A stretch of 64,000 bases of DNA from an uncultured Spirochaetota bacterium (GTDB lineage: Bacteria; Spirochaetota; Spirochaetia; SZUA-6; Fen-1364). Shown here piece after piece: positions 31,250 to 43,567 of the stretch; the stretch's first letter is position 1; each line of letters starts with the position of its first letter. The stretch covers positions 1,440,001 to 1,504,000 of the forward strand of contig CAWGAA010000001.1 in the NCBI GenBank assembly GCA_963820525.1, written 5' to 3'. The position numbers were made by a program, and so were the translations under genes. Under the pieces are notes generated by a model that had not been told where the DNA came from, ran no database searches, and worked only from the letters and a program-made list of their open reading frames with translations.

Positions 31250-32140
31250 TTATGCTGCCCCTCCCGAGCGCCTCTTCAAAGCCTCCGCCATCATGCCGGG
31301 AAGCTGGTCCGGCCTGTCTGCAACCGGGACGCCGGCCTGGCGAAGGGCGTTCACCTTCTCCTCGGCGCCCCCGCGGCCGCCGGAGATGATGGCCCCCGCA
31401 TGGCCCATCCTCTTTTCCGGCGGGGCCGTGCGGCCCGAGATGAACGCCACAACCGGCTTCTTCATCGATTCCGAAATGAACCGCGCCGCCCTCTCCTCGT
31501 CGTCCCCGCCGATCTCTCCGATCAGGACCACCCCCTCGGTTCCCGCGTCCTTCTCGAAAAGGGAAAGAAGCTCGACGAAGCCCGTTCCAATGACGGGGTC
31601 TCCCCCCACTCCGATGCACGTGGACTGGCCCATGCCCGCCCGTGTGAGGGCCCATACGACCTCGTAGGTAAGGGTGCCGCTTCGCGAGATGACCCCGATC
31701 CCTCCAGGCTTGTGGATGCGTCCCGGCATGATGCCCACCTTGCATTCTCCCGGCGTTATCAGCCCGGGGCAGTTGGATCCGATCAATCTGCATCCCCTCT
31801 GGGAAAGATACTCAACGGCGCCGATCATCTCCAACACGGGGATTCCCTCCGTGATGCAGATGATAAGCGGAATGCGCGCGTCCGCGGCCTCGCGCAGCGC
31901 CGCCGGCGCGAAACGGGCGGGAACGAAGACCACGGCGCAGTCGGCGCCGGTCTTTTCCCTGGCCGCGGCCACCGTATCGAACACGGGGAGCCCCTCGAGG
32001 CTCTGGCCGCCCTTTCCCGGCGTTACGCCTCCCACAACCCTTGTTCCATACTCCCGCATCGAGAGGGCATGGAAAGAGCCGTCCCGGCCCGTGATCCCCT
32101 GAACGATCACTCGCGTCGATTCTCCTATGAGGATGCTCAT
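31250..32140 (-). CDS. sucD: Succinyl-CoA synthetase alpha subunit
   Basis: [27 protein letters not shown] phospho-His motif. Confidence 0.96.
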   Translation of the reverse strand: MSILIGESTRVIVQGITGRDGSFHALSMREYGTRVVGGVTPGKGGQSLEGLPVFDTVAAAREKTGADCAVVFVPARFAPAALREAADARIPLIICITEGIPVLEMIGAVEYLSQRGCRLIGSNCPGLITPGECKVGIMPGRIHKPGGIGVISRSGTLTYEVVWALTRAGMGQSTCIGVGGDPVIGTGFVELLSLFEKDAGTEGVVLIGEIGGDDEERAARFISESMKKPVVAFISGRTAPPEKRMGHAGAIISGGRGGAEEKVNALRQAGVPVADRPDQLPGMMAEALKRRSGGAA

Positions 32141-33261
32141 TTCGCCTCCGCCGCCTCCGCCCGGGCCACGACACCCTTCACCGCCTCCGTGAGATCGTCA
32201 TAGGCGTCTATCCCCGCCTCGGAGAGAAGCGCTCTTCCCTCCTTTTCATTGGTGCCGATCAGGCGGATGACCAGGGGAACCGGGATGGAAAGCTGATTGC
32301 GCGCCATGAGGATCCCGCGGGCGATGTCGTCGCAGCGGGTGATCCCCCCGAAGATGTTGATGAGGATGGCTTTCAGGCGGGGATTCCTGAGGATTATCCT
32401 CAGGGCGTTCAACACTTTCTCCGGGCTCGAGCTTCCCCCCACGTCGAGGAAGTTTGCAGGGGATGCGCCGAAGTACTTGATGAGGTCCATCGTCGCCATG
32501 GAAAGGCCCGCGCCATTGACGATGCAGCCGATGGTGCCGTCCAGGCCCACGAAGGAGAGGCCCTTCTCTTTGGCCTCCAGCTCGTCGGCGCCGTACTCCT
32601 CGGGGCTTCGCATCGCCTCCAGCTCCGGGTGCCTGAACAGAGCGTTGTCGTCGAAGATGATCTTGGCGTCCGCGGCCACGAGACGGCCGTCCGGCGTCAA
32701 GGCGCAGGGGTTGATTTCAACCAGCGAGCAGTCCTTTTCCCTGAAGAGCCGGTTCATCCGCGCCGCGAAATCGCGGGCCTGCTCCGCCGGCGCAGGGGGA
32801 GCGAAGGCGCGCCGCAGCTCTGAAAAATCATCATCACGCACGGGGAAGCGGACGATGCGGCCCGGGTCATGGGCGGCAACTTCCTCGATCTCCATCCCCC
32901 CGGAGGCGCTGGCGATGCACTGCACGCACTTTCCGGCGCGGTCCACGGCGAGGCCGAGGTAGTACTCGGCGGAAATCTCCACGGCCTCGGCTACGAGCAC
33001 CTGTCTGACCGTTATGCCCTTGATGGTCATGCCGAGGATCTCCGCCGCGCGCCTTTCGGCTTCCTCGGGGTTCGCCGCCCGCTTCACTCCCCCCGCCTTT
33101 CCGCGGCCGCCCACCAGCACCTGGGCTTTCACCATCACGGGCCGGCCGATCCCGGAGGCGATAGAGCGCGCCTCTTCGGGCGTAGAGGCGACGGCGCCGC
33201 GCGGCACGGGGATTCCGTGCTGCTTCAGCAGCTCCTTGGCCTGGTATTCGTAGATCTTCAT
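32137..33261 (-). CDS. sucC: Succinyl-CoA synthetase beta subunit
   Basis: [41 protein letters not shown]. Confidence 0.95.
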   Translation of the reverse strand: MKIYEYQAKELLKQHGIPVPRGAVASTPEEARSIASGIGRPVMVKAQVLVGGRGKAGGVKRAANPEEAERRAAEILGMTIKGITVRQVLVAEAVEISAEYYLGLAVDRAGKCVQCIASASGGMEIEEVAAHDPGRIVRFPVRDDDFSELRRAFAPPAPAEQARDFAARMNRLFREKDCSLVEINPCALTPDGRLVAADAKIIFDDNALFRHPELEAMRSPEEYGADELEAKEKGLSFVGLDGTIGCIVNGAGLSMATMDLIKYFGASPANFLDVGGSSSPEKVLNALRIILRNPRLKAILINIFGGITRCDDIARGILMARNQLSIPVPLVIRLIGTNEKEGRALLSEAGIDAYDDLTEAVKGVVARAEAAEAK

Positions 33262-34181
33262 AGGCACTCCAGCTCCCGGATCCCCTTTCGAACCGCCTCC
33301 GCCGAGACGGCGAGTGCCCTCTTTTCCATTTCCGTGAGCGAAAGCTCCACGATCCTCTCCACGCCGTTTTTTCCTAATATCACCGGCACCCCGAGGAAGA
33401 TGTCCTTGAAACCATATTCGCCGCGCAGGTATGTGGAGGCGGGGAGGAGGCGCTTTTCGTCCTTGATGACCGCCTCCACCATTTTGGCCACAGAGGCCCC
33501 GGGAGCGTAGAACGCGCTTCCCGTCTTCAAAAGGCTCACGATCTCGGCGCCGCCGGAGCGCGTCCGGGAAACGAGGCTCTCGATGTCGGGCTTTCCGAGG
33601 AGCTGGTCGATGGGGATCCCGCCCACCGTGGTGTAGCTGGGAAGAGGCACCATCTCGTCCCCGTGGCCGCCCAGCACCATTGCCTGTACGTCCCCGGGCC
33701 ACACGCCCAGCCGCTCGGCGATGAAGGAGCGGAAACGCGTGGAGTCGAGCACCCCCGCCATTCCCACGACCTTCTTCAAGGCGAATCCGGTCTCGCGAAG
33801 GGCCGCCATGGCAATGATGTCCAGGGGGTTGGTCACGACGATGACCACGGCGTTGGGAGCATGCAGGGCAATGGCGCGCGCAGCATCCCGGGCGATGCCG
33901 ACGTTGATCTTGAGCAGATCCATGCGGTCCATTCCGGGCTTCCGGGCCACCCCGGCCGTGATCACGACCACGTCGCTTCCCTCGATCTGGGCGAAATCCG
34001 TCGTTCCCCGGATGCGCACCTCGTAGCCGCGCAGCGGCGCCGCATGGAGGAAGTCGAGCGCCTTACTTTGGGCGAGCCCCTCCACCACGTCCACCATGAC
34101 GATGTCGGCGATGTTCTTCTCCGCGATATAGTAGACCGCCTTGGCCCCGACGTTTCCGGCGCCGATCACGGACACTTTCAT
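33258..34181 (-). CDS. mdh: Malate dehydrogenase (LDH-like type)
   Basis: GAGNVG, RKPGMDRMDL, VTNPLD, LDSTRF, GGHGD, GSAFYAP. Confidence 0.92.
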   Translation of the reverse strand: MKVSVIGAGNVGAKAVYYIAEKNIADIVMVDVVEGLAQSKALDFLHAAPLRGYEVRIRGTTDFAQIEGSDVVVITAGVARKPGMDRMDLLKINVGIARDAARAIALHAPNAVVIVVTNPLDIIAMAALRETGFALKKVVGMAGVLDSTRFRSFIAERLGVWPGDVQAMVLGGHGDEMVPLPSYTTVGGIPIDQLLGKPDIESLVSRTRSGGAEIVSLLKTGSAFYAPGASVAKMVEAVIKDEKRLLPASTYLRGEYGFKDIFLGVPVILGKNGVERIVELSLTEMEKRALAVSAEAVRKGIRELECL

Positions 34182-35101
34182 GCGGCGCCTCCCCCCACCA
34201 TCGACGCCACTTTTCGCGCGGACTCATGGAATGCCGCGGTCTCTTCCGCCGTGAGCTCGGGTTTGAGCACGCGCGTCACCCCCTTCTCCCCGATCACCAC
34301 GGGAAGGCTCAAGGCGGCGCCGCTTTCCCCATACTCGCCGTCAAGAAGGATGGACAGGGGAAAGATCCGGTTGAGGTTCATGTGGATCGAGTCGGCAAGC
34401 TCCGCGATGGCGGCCGAGGGGGCATAGTAGGCGCTCGCCCTCTTGGCAAGCTCCACCACGAGGTCACCGGCGCTTTTCGTCTCCGCCACCAGCGCCGCGA
34501 TCCGCTCCGCCGGCAGGAGGAAGGGAAGCGGCACCCCCGATACGCTTGAGTAGCAGGGCAGGCAGATCATGTCGTCCGAGTGCCTGCCGATCACCATGGC
34601 GGAGACGATCTCCATGGAAAGGCCGAGCTCCCGGGAAATCAGAGCGCGAAAGCGCGTAGAGTCGAGGATTCCTCCCAGGCCCAGGACCCGCGTACGGGGC
34701 ATGCCCGATTCCGCCAAAAAAAGGGTCGTCAGCGGGTCCACAGGCTCCGTGGCGATGATGACGACCGATTCTGGGGCGAGCCTCGCGACCTTCGGGGCGA
34801 GCTCGCGAACCAACGGCGCATTGGCGCCGAAGAGATCCTCGCGTCGCATGCCGGGTTTCCTGATGGCCCCGGCCGCCAGGACAACCATCTGGGAGCCGCG
34901 GATGTCTTCGATGGAGTCGCTTCCCGAAAGCGAGTTCCTGTACCTGCGGATGGGAGCCGCCTCCGCGATATCCAGCGCCTTGCCCCTGGACAGACCGGGC
35001 TGAACGTCGCAGAGAAGCACGTCGGTGACTCCCTTCTCCGCGATGAAGAAGGCTGTGTTTGCCCCGACGTTCCCGCTTCCGATGATGCTCACCTTGGACA
35101 T
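34178..35101 (-). CDS. Divergent second malate dehydrogenase-like protein
   Basis: GSGNVG, RKPGMRREDL and LDSTRF conserved, but ATEPVD replaces TNPLD and GRHSD replaces GGHGD. Confidence 0.85.
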   Translation of the reverse strand: MSKVSIIGSGNVGANTAFFIAEKGVTDVLLCDVQPGLSRGKALDIAEAAPIRRYRNSLSGSDSIEDIRGSQMVVLAAGAIRKPGMRREDLFGANAPLVRELAPKVARLAPESVVIIATEPVDPLTTLFLAESGMPRTRVLGLGGILDSTRFRALISRELGLSMEIVSAMVIGRHSDDMICLPCYSSVSGVPLPFLLPAERIAALVAETKSAGDLVVELAKRASAYYAPSAAIAELADSIHMNLNRIFPLSILLDGEYGESGAALSLPVVIGEKGVTRVLKPELTAEETAAFHESARKVASMVGGGAA

Positions 35102-35216
35102 GTCATCCTCCCATCGCGGCGCTTCGGCGCGGCGTCTGCCTCACTTCGTTCGGCAAGCCGCACTGCGGCGGCTCCCAAGCGCGACAGCGCTCCTGAACGC
35201 CGCACCGCTGCCCTCG

Positions 35217-35292
35217 GCCGGCCTCAGCCATCCGTGGCCAGGGCCGGCTTCCGGCATCCCTGCCTCCGCCGGCTTTAGCCATCCATGGCTAG
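35217..35292. repeat. Three tandem 25-26 bp units, each GCCGGC plus a small hairpin with a TCCN loop
   Basis: gcca-TCCG-tggc, ggca-TCCC-tgcc, tagcca-TCCA-tggcta; the third unit overlaps the aconitase 3' end. Confidence 0.7.
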
Positions 35293-37194
35293 ATTGAGCA
35301 GGCCGCCGGCGAGGACGATCCGCCGGTGCCTGTCCGAAACCTCGAGCACCGTCTTCATCTCCGCGCCGTTCACGAAAACCGGGATCTCGCTGGCCCCTCC
35401 CTCGATCAGCTTCCTGATCCCGGGGATGGAAATCCTGTCGCCCTGGCGGATGCGCTCGTAATCCGCCGGGTCGGCGAAGACGAGCGGCACGATTCCGAAG
35501 TTGATGAGGTTGGACTTGTGGATCCGGGCGAAGCCCTTCACGATCTTCGCCCTCACCCCCAGGTAGCGCGGGGCGAGCGCAGCGTGCTCCCGCGAAGAGC
35601 CCTGGCCGTAGTTTTCTCCGCCCACCACAATCCCCCCGCCCTTCTCCCGCGCCCTCTTGGCGAATCCCTCGTCCGCGATGTCGAAGACGAAATCGGAGAT
35701 GGCGGGGATGTTGCTCCTGAAGGGGAGCACGCGGTTTCCCGCCGGCATGATGATGTCGGTTGAGATATCGTCGCCCACCTTGATGAGCACCTCGCCCTCG
35801 ATGTCATTTTCCAGCGCCGGGAAGCGGGGAAACGGCTGGATGTTGGGGCCGCGCACGATCTGGACCTTTTCGGGCTCCTTGGAAGGCATGATGAGCCAAT
35901 TGGGGTTGAAGGCGTAGCGCGCCGGGTACGGGATGGAAGGGTATGCCCCCAGGGTGCGGGGGTCAGTGATCCTTCCCGTCAGGGCCGAAGCCGCCGCAGT
36001 TTCCGGCGAGCAGAGGTACACGGCGTCGTCCTTGGTGCCGCTTCTTCCTTTATAGTTGCGCGGAAAGGTGCGAAGGGAGTTGGTCCCGCTGGCGGGGGCC
36101 TGCCCCATGCCGATGCAGCCGAGGCAGCCCGCCTCGGAGATCCTGGCCCCGGCATCCAGCAGGGCCTTGAGCCCTCCCATGGCCATCACGTTCTCGAGGG
36201 TCTGGCGGCTTCCCGGGTTGATGCTGAAGTCCACCGATGGGTTGCGCATCTTTCCCTCCACCGCCTTGGCCGCGATCATGAAGTCGCGGTAGCTTCCGTT
36301 GGTGGAGGAGCCGATGATGACCTGCTGGATCTCGACTCCCGAGAGCTCCGCCGCGCTCTTCACGTTGTCCGGGTTGGAGGGGCAGGCCACGAGCGGCTCC
36401 ACCGCTCCAAGGTCGATCTCGGTCACCTCGTCGAAACGGGGATAGGGCCCCTGGGAAAGCTCGACAAAGTCCTTTTCCCTGCCGTTCATGGCCAGGTACT
36501 TTCGCGTCACATCGTCGGAGGGAAAGACGCACGCCGTAAAGCCCATGTCCACGGCCATATTGGCCACGGTCCCGCGGGCGGCCATATCCATGGAGGCCAC
36601 CGCCGGGCCGAAGAACTCCAGGATCTTTCCCGTGCCCGCCTTCGCCGTGAAGCGCCTCAAGAGCTCCAGGATGAGGTCCTTGCCGGAGACCCAGGGCTGA
36701 AACTCCCCTTTTACCCGCACGCCCCAGATCGTGGGAGTCATGAGGTAGAAGGGCTTTCCCGCCATGGCCATGGCCACTTCGTTGCCCCCCGCGCCGATGG
36801 CGAGCATGCCCAGGCAGCCGCCCGTCGTCGTATGGCTGTCGGAACCGAGGAGGGTCTTTCCGGGAATGCCGAAGCGCTGGCGGTGAACATGGTGCGACAC
36901 GCCGTTTCCCGCCGGAGAGAGGATGACGCCGTAGCGGGAGGCCGCGGAGAAGAGGAAGCGGTGGTCGTCCGCATTCTTGAAATCGGTCTGGATGAGGTTG
37001 TGGTCGATGTAGCTCACGGCGAGCTCCGCCTTCACCCGGTCGATCCCGAGGGACTCGAACTCGAGGTAAGCCATGGTTCCCGTGGCGTCCTGGGTGAGAG
37101 TCTGGTCTATGCGCAGGCCGATCTCCCGTCCGGCGCGCGCTTCTCCCTCCACAAGGTGATCCCCGATTATCCTTCCCGCGACGGTGTCTTTCAT
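35275..37194 (-). CDS. Aconitate hydratase (short, about 640 aa type)
   Basis: QDATGTMA, DHN, GSDSHT, CLGCIGMG, RTFPRN, NYGQGSSREHA swivel domain. Note GSSTN stands where GSCTN (first cluster Cys) is usual. Confidence 0.9.
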   Translation of the reverse strand: MKDTVAGRIIGDHLVEGEARAGREIGLRIDQTLTQDATGTMAYLEFESLGIDRVKAELAVSYIDHNLIQTDFKNADDHRFLFSAASRYGVILSPAGNGVSHHVHRQRFGIPGKTLLGSDSHTTTGGCLGMLAIGAGGNEVAMAMAGKPFYLMTPTIWGVRVKGEFQPWVSGKDLILELLRRFTAKAGTGKILEFFGPAVASMDMAARGTVANMAVDMGFTACVFPSDDVTRKYLAMNGREKDFVELSQGPYPRFDEVTEIDLGAVEPLVACPSNPDNVKSAAELSGVEIQQVIIGSSTNGSYRDFMIAAKAVEGKMRNPSVDFSINPGSRQTLENVMAMGGLKALLDAGARISEAGCLGCIGMGQAPASGTNSLRTFPRNYKGRSGTKDDAVYLCSPETAAASALTGRITDPRTLGAYPSIPYPARYAFNPNWLIMPSKEPEKVQIVRGPNIQPFPRFPALENDIEGEVLIKVGDDISTDIIMPAGNRVLPFRSNIPAISDFVFDIADEGFAKRAREKGGGIVVGGENYGQGSSREHAALAPRYLGVRAKIVKGFARIHKSNLINFGIVPLVFADPADYERIRQGDRISIPGIRKLIEGGASEIPVFVNGAEMKTVLEVSDRHRRIVLAGGLLNLAMDG

Positions 37195-37316
37195 GCGTGT
37201 CCCCACTTTCTCCTGGCGCGGCGCCATGCGCCGCGCCAAAGGGGCCCCAGGGCGGCAGGCGTCGCAGCTACGCGAGACGCCGAGAGCCCTGGGGAACCAT
37301 TTCGGTATCTGACTTA

Positions 37317-37325
37317 AGTATAACA
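37317..37325 (-). promoter_or_regulatory. Extended -10 TG-T-TATACT for the TCA operon
   Basis: Motif about 120 nt upstream of the aconitase start, in the divergent intergenic region. Confidence 0.55.
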
Positions 37326-37377
37326 ACGGACCCCCCCCGGCGCGAAATCGTTTCAATACGCTTCGCCGTGCGCGTGT

Positions 37378-37407
37378 TTGACTCCGCGCAATGGGCGGGA
37401 GTATTTT
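37378..37407 (+). promoter_or_regulatory. Promoter TTGACT-N18-TATTTT for the atp operon
   Basis: The -10 ends 9 nt before the atpB ATG at 37417; no SD present. Confidence 0.5.
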
Positions 37408-37416
37408 CTGATTGCG

Positions 37417-38148
37417 ATGCAGTCCCTCGGCCCCGAGACGATATTTCAATTTCTCGGATATCGAGTGACAAACACGCTCCTCGCCACGCTCCTTGTCGAT
37501 TGCATCCTGTTGACCATCGTCTTTCTCGTCCGCCGGAGGCTCTCCGCGGTCCCGGGGCCTCTCCAGGGCGTCGTCGAGGGATTCGTGGACTATATCGGTA
37601 CCACCACGGAACAGGTTGCCGGAGAGCGGGCCCCGATGATCTTCCCCTGGGTGGCCGTGTTCTTCATTTACATCCTCTTCTCGAATCTCCTGGGGCTCCT
37701 GCCGGGATTCGGCACGATCGGGTTCTTCCGCGCCGGGCGGCTGGTGCCCCTCCTGCACGCGAGCACCTCGGACCTGAACACGACACTCGCCCTGGCCGTG
37801 GTCTCGGTGATAGCGACGCACGTGCTGGCCATCCGCTCCACCGGGATCGCGGCGTACCTGAAACGCTTCTTCACGCTCAATCCCCTGCTCCTGTTCGTGG
37901 GGCTGCTGGAGATCGTATCCGAGCTGACCAAGTTTCTCTCATTCTCGTTCCGCCTCTTCGGCAACATCTCGGCGGGCGAGAGGGTGCTGGGGACCATCTC
38001 CTCTCTGGCCGCTTTCATCGTTCCAATCCCGTTTCTCGCGCTGGAAATCCTCGTGGGCGTCATCCAGGCAATGATATTCGCTCTGCTCACGATGGCCTTT
38101 ATGGCCATCCTGACGGAGCCGCATAAGAAGGAGGGCTCGAAAACATGA
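37417..38148 (+). CDS. atpB: F0F1 ATP synthase subunit a
   Basis: SDLNTTLALA, SFSFRLFGNI with the essential Arg, LEILVGVIQA. Confidence 0.95.
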   Translation: MQSLGPETIFQFLGYRVTNTLLATLLVDCILLTIVFLVRRRLSAVPGPLQGVVEGFVDYIGTTTEQVAGERAPMIFPWVAVFFIYILFSNLLGLLPGFGTIGFFRAGRLVPLLHASTSDLNTTLALAVVSVIATHVLAIRSTGIAAYLKRFFTLNPLLLFVGLLEIVSELTKFLSFSFRLFGNISAGERVLGTISSLAAFIVPIPFLALEILVGVIQAMIFALLTMAFMAILTEPHKKEGSKT

Positions 38149-38357
38149 ACTTCAATTTGATCGCCCACGGCGGGATCATCGTCGCCATTGGAGGCATGCT
38201 GCCCGCTGTGGCCATCGGCCTTATCGGAATGAGGGCGATGGAGGCCCTCGGCCGGAACCCAGAGGCGTCCGGCCGAATCATCCCCGCGATGGTGCTGGCG
38301 ATGGCCTTTGCAGAGGCCATTGCAATCTACTCCCTCATCTTCGCTTTCGTGGGCTGA
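38145..38357 (+). CDS. atpE: F0F1 ATP synthase subunit c
   Basis: GRNPE loop, FAEAIAIY carboxylate; lacks the ES/T motif of Na+-binding c rings. Confidence 0.95.
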   Translation: MNFNLIAHGGIIVAIGGMLPAVAIGLIGMRAMEALGRNPEASGRIIPAMVLAMAFAEAIAIYSLIFAFVG

Positions 38358-38376
38358 AGGTCGGGCGCCGAAACAC

Positions 38377-38892
38377 ATGGAAACTCTCGGACGTTTCGGA
38401 CTGGATCCGGTCCTCTTCGCGGCCCAGCTCGTCAACTTCATCGTCATTGGGTACGTGTTGTGGCGCTTCCTCTTGAAGCCGCTCCTGGCAACGATGAAGA
38501 AGCGAAGCGACGCGATCTCCAAGGGCCTCGCCGATGCCGAGCAGGCTAAGCGGGACCTGGCGGATGCCGCGAAGGAGAGGGACAAGATCGTGGGAGAGGC
38601 GTACACGCGGGCCGCGGTCATTCTCGACAAGGCGCGGGCCGAGGCGGTACTGGCGCGCGCGGCAGTCGAGGATAGAGCGCGGCGGGACGCCGAGCGGATC
38701 CTGGTCGAGTCCCGCTCGCGCTTAGAGCTGGAGCGCCGCGAGGCGGAGCGGGCTGTGCAGGCCCTCGCCCTTGAGCTTTCCGGCCGCATCCTGGAGCAGG
38801 TCGTGTCCTCTCTTTTCTCCGGCGAAGAAAAGACACGGATCGTGGAGCGCGGGTTCGAGCGGATCAGGACCCTCGAACCGACAAGGCGATGA
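38377..38892 (+). CDS. atpF: F0F1 ATP synthase subunit b
   Basis: AQLVNF TM helix, KPL..MKKR, long charged helix. Confidence 0.92.
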   Translation: METLGRFGLDPVLFAAQLVNFIVIGYVLWRFLLKPLLATMKKRSDAISKGLADAEQAKRDLADAAKERDKIVGEAYTRAAVILDKARAEAVLARAAVEDRARRDAERILVESRSRLELERREAERAVQALALELSGRILEQVVSSLFSGEEKTRIVERGFERIRTLEPTRR

Positions 38893-39236
38893 AAAAGGTG
38901 AAAAGGCTCGCGCGTCTGACGCTCGCGGCCGGCGGGGAGGTGGACGAGCAGCTCGCCTCATTCATCCTGGGGCGGCTCACGAGAACCGAGCTCAAGGAGT
39001 ACCTCTTCGAGCTGCGGCGGGCGCTTGGCCGCCGGCGCGTGCTGGTGGCCGTCTCTGGCGAGACGGCACCTGCGCTCCTTGAGGAGCTGGAGCGTGAGTT
39101 CTCCGGCAGGCAGACCGTTGTGTCCAGGGACGAGAGCCTGGGCGGCGGGGTGCGCCTGAGAGCGGGAGACGACGTTATCGACGCGAGCGTGAAGGGCCTG
39201 TTCTCGGAGACTATGGACAGATTGAGGAAGGGATGA
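38889..39236 (+). CDS. atpH: F0F1 ATP synthase subunit delta (short form)
   Basis: C-terminal DESLGGGVRLRAGDDVIDASV; position between b and alpha; only 115 aa. Confidence 0.85.
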   Translation: MKKVKRLARLTLAAGGEVDEQLASFILGRLTRTELKEYLFELRRALGRRRVLVAVSGETAPALLEELEREFSGRQTVVSRDESLGGGVRLRAGDDVIDASVKGLFSETMDRLRKG

Positions 39237-40750
39237 AGGCTGAAGAGCTGATTCGACAGATCGAGGAGAGGCTGGCACTCGTCGAGGTCCGTCCCGAAGT
39301 GGCCAATGTCGGGAAGGTCATCACCCTGGGCGACGGCATCGTGAAGGCGGACGGGCTTTCCCGCGCCGGCTACGGCGAGATCGTCGAATTCGAAGACGGC
39401 TCACGAGGCCTTGTGATGAACCTCGACCAGGATTTCGTCTCGATCCTGACGCTGGCTGAAGACCCCACCGTGAGGGAAAGCATGGAAGTGCGCACGACCG
39501 GCGAAATCCTCTCCATAGCCGTTTCAGAAAGCCTCATCGGCCGCGTCATAGACCCCTTCGGAAATCCCCTCGATGGAAAGCCCCTGACCCTTTCCGGCGG
39601 CGAGCCCTACCCCCTGGAACGGATCGCGCCGGGAGTGACGGAACGCCAGCCCGTGTCGGTGCCGCTGAAAACAGGCATCAAGGCGGTGGATACGCTTACG
39701 CCCATCGGCAGGGGCCAACGGGAGCTCATCATCGGAGACAGGAACACGGGAAAGACCGCGCTCGCCATCGACGCCATCATCAATCAACGCACCAAGGATC
39801 TGGGGCTTCCACAGGTGATCTGCGTCTACTGCGCCATGGGCCAGAAGCGGGGGAACATCGCGCGCACCGTGGCCAGGCTCCAGGAGGAAGGGGCCATGGC
39901 GTACACGATCGTGGTCGCCGCCAGCGCCTCGAACCCGGCCTCACGGCAGTACCTGGCCCCATTCGCCGCATGCGCCATCGCGGAGTACTTCATGCACCGG
40001 GGCGGCGACACGCTTGTCGTGTACGACGACCTTTCCAAGCACGCCTGGGCATACCGCCAGCTCTCCCTCCTGTTGCGCCGGCCGGCCGGCCGGGAGGCTT
40101 ACCCCGGAGACATCTTCTACCTCCACTCGCGGCTTCTGGAACGCGCGGCGCGCCTTTCCCCGGCCAAGGGCGGGGGATCGCTCACCGCGCTTCCCATCAT
40201 CGAGACCCAGGCGGGAGACGTATCGGCCTACATCCCGACCAACGTCATCTCCATCACGGACGGCCAGATCTACCTGGAGACCGACCTCTTCAATGCGGGA
40301 ATAAGGCCTGCCATCAACGCGGGCCTCTCCGTTTCGCGCGTGGGCGGCCAGGCCCAGACCCGGGCGTTCCGCCAGGTGGCCGGCCCCCTGCGTCTCGACC
40401 TCGCCCAGTACAGGTCGCTGGCCGCATTCTCCCAGTTCGGAAGCGACCTGGACGACGCCACCACGAAGCGCATCGCGCGGGGAAAGCGCCTCGTGGAGAG
40501 CCTCAAGCAGCCCCAGTTCAAGCCGCTGGACGAGGTATCCGAGATCATCGCCATCCACGCGGCCAGCTCCGGGCTCCTGGACGACCTGCCCTTGGAGAGA
40601 ATCGCGGCATTCGAAGGTCAGCTCATAGACTCGGTGCGCGCAGGCCACAAGCCCCTCGTGGAGAAGCTCGCCACGGGGGCCAAGGCGGAGGCGGAAACCC
40701 TTGACGAGCTCAACCGCGCCATAATTGAGCTGAAGACGGCGTTCCGATGA
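39233..40750 (+). CDS. atpA: F0F1 ATP synthase subunit alpha
   Basis: GRGQRELIIGDRNTGKT, GREAYPGDIFYLHSRLLER, PTNVISITDGQ. Confidence 0.97.
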   Translation: MKAEELIRQIEERLALVEVRPEVANVGKVITLGDGIVKADGLSRAGYGEIVEFEDGSRGLVMNLDQDFVSILTLAEDPTVRESMEVRTTGEILSIAVSESLIGRVIDPFGNPLDGKPLTLSGGEPYPLERIAPGVTERQPVSVPLKTGIKAVDTLTPIGRGQRELIIGDRNTGKTALAIDAIINQRTKDLGLPQVICVYCAMGQKRGNIARTVARLQEEGAMAYTIVVAASASNPASRQYLAPFAACAIAEYFMHRGGDTLVVYDDLSKHAWAYRQLSLLLRRPAGREAYPGDIFYLHSRLLERAARLSPAKGGGSLTALPIIETQAGDVSAYIPTNVISITDGQIYLETDLFNAGIRPAINAGLSVSRVGGQAQTRAFRQVAGPLRLDLAQYRSLAAFSQFGSDLDDATTKRIARGKRLVESLKQPQFKPLDEVSEIIAIHAASSGLLDDLPLERIAAFEGQLIDSVRAGHKPLVEKLATGAKAEAETLDELNRAIIELKTAFR

Positions 40751-40772
40751 GACGTGAAAGCGGAGGGGATTG

Positions 40773-43454
<2,682 letters not shown>

Positions 43455-43456
43455 CG

Positions 43457-43485
43457 GGCGGGGGGCCGCGGGGCGGCCCCCCGCC
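43457..43485 (+). terminator. Perfect 13-bp GC hairpin after atpC
   Basis: GGCGGGGGGCCGC-GGG-GCGGCCCCCCGCC; no immediate U-tract. Confidence 0.6.
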
Positions 43486-43567
43486 GCCACGCTGGTACTA
43501 CTTGTGTTTGACCTACCGACGGCCCACTAGGATATTCTTCCTAGGTGAAAAAGAAGGGAGGCGGGCA

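Noticed and set aside
28504..31389. 961-aa plus-strand ORF, and similar long shadow ORFs (494-1702, 18675-20477, 57313-58875)
   Set aside because: Antisense or alternate-frame shadows of clear genes, expected in high-GC DNA; no recognisable motifs.
33262..33702. N-terminal extension of sucC
   Set aside because: Overlaps mdh; the conserved SucC start MKIYEYQAK is at 33261.
35217..35292. Possible mini CRISPR array
   Set aside because: Units are adjacent with no spacers, are degenerate, and no cas genes are present.
37195..37821. N-terminal extension of aconitase
   Set aside because: Runs antisense through atpB and the promoter region.
38145..38357. Na+-translocating or N-type ATPase
   Set aside because: Subunit c lacks the Na+-binding ES/T motif, and gene order is the standard BEFHAGDC with no atpQ/atpR.
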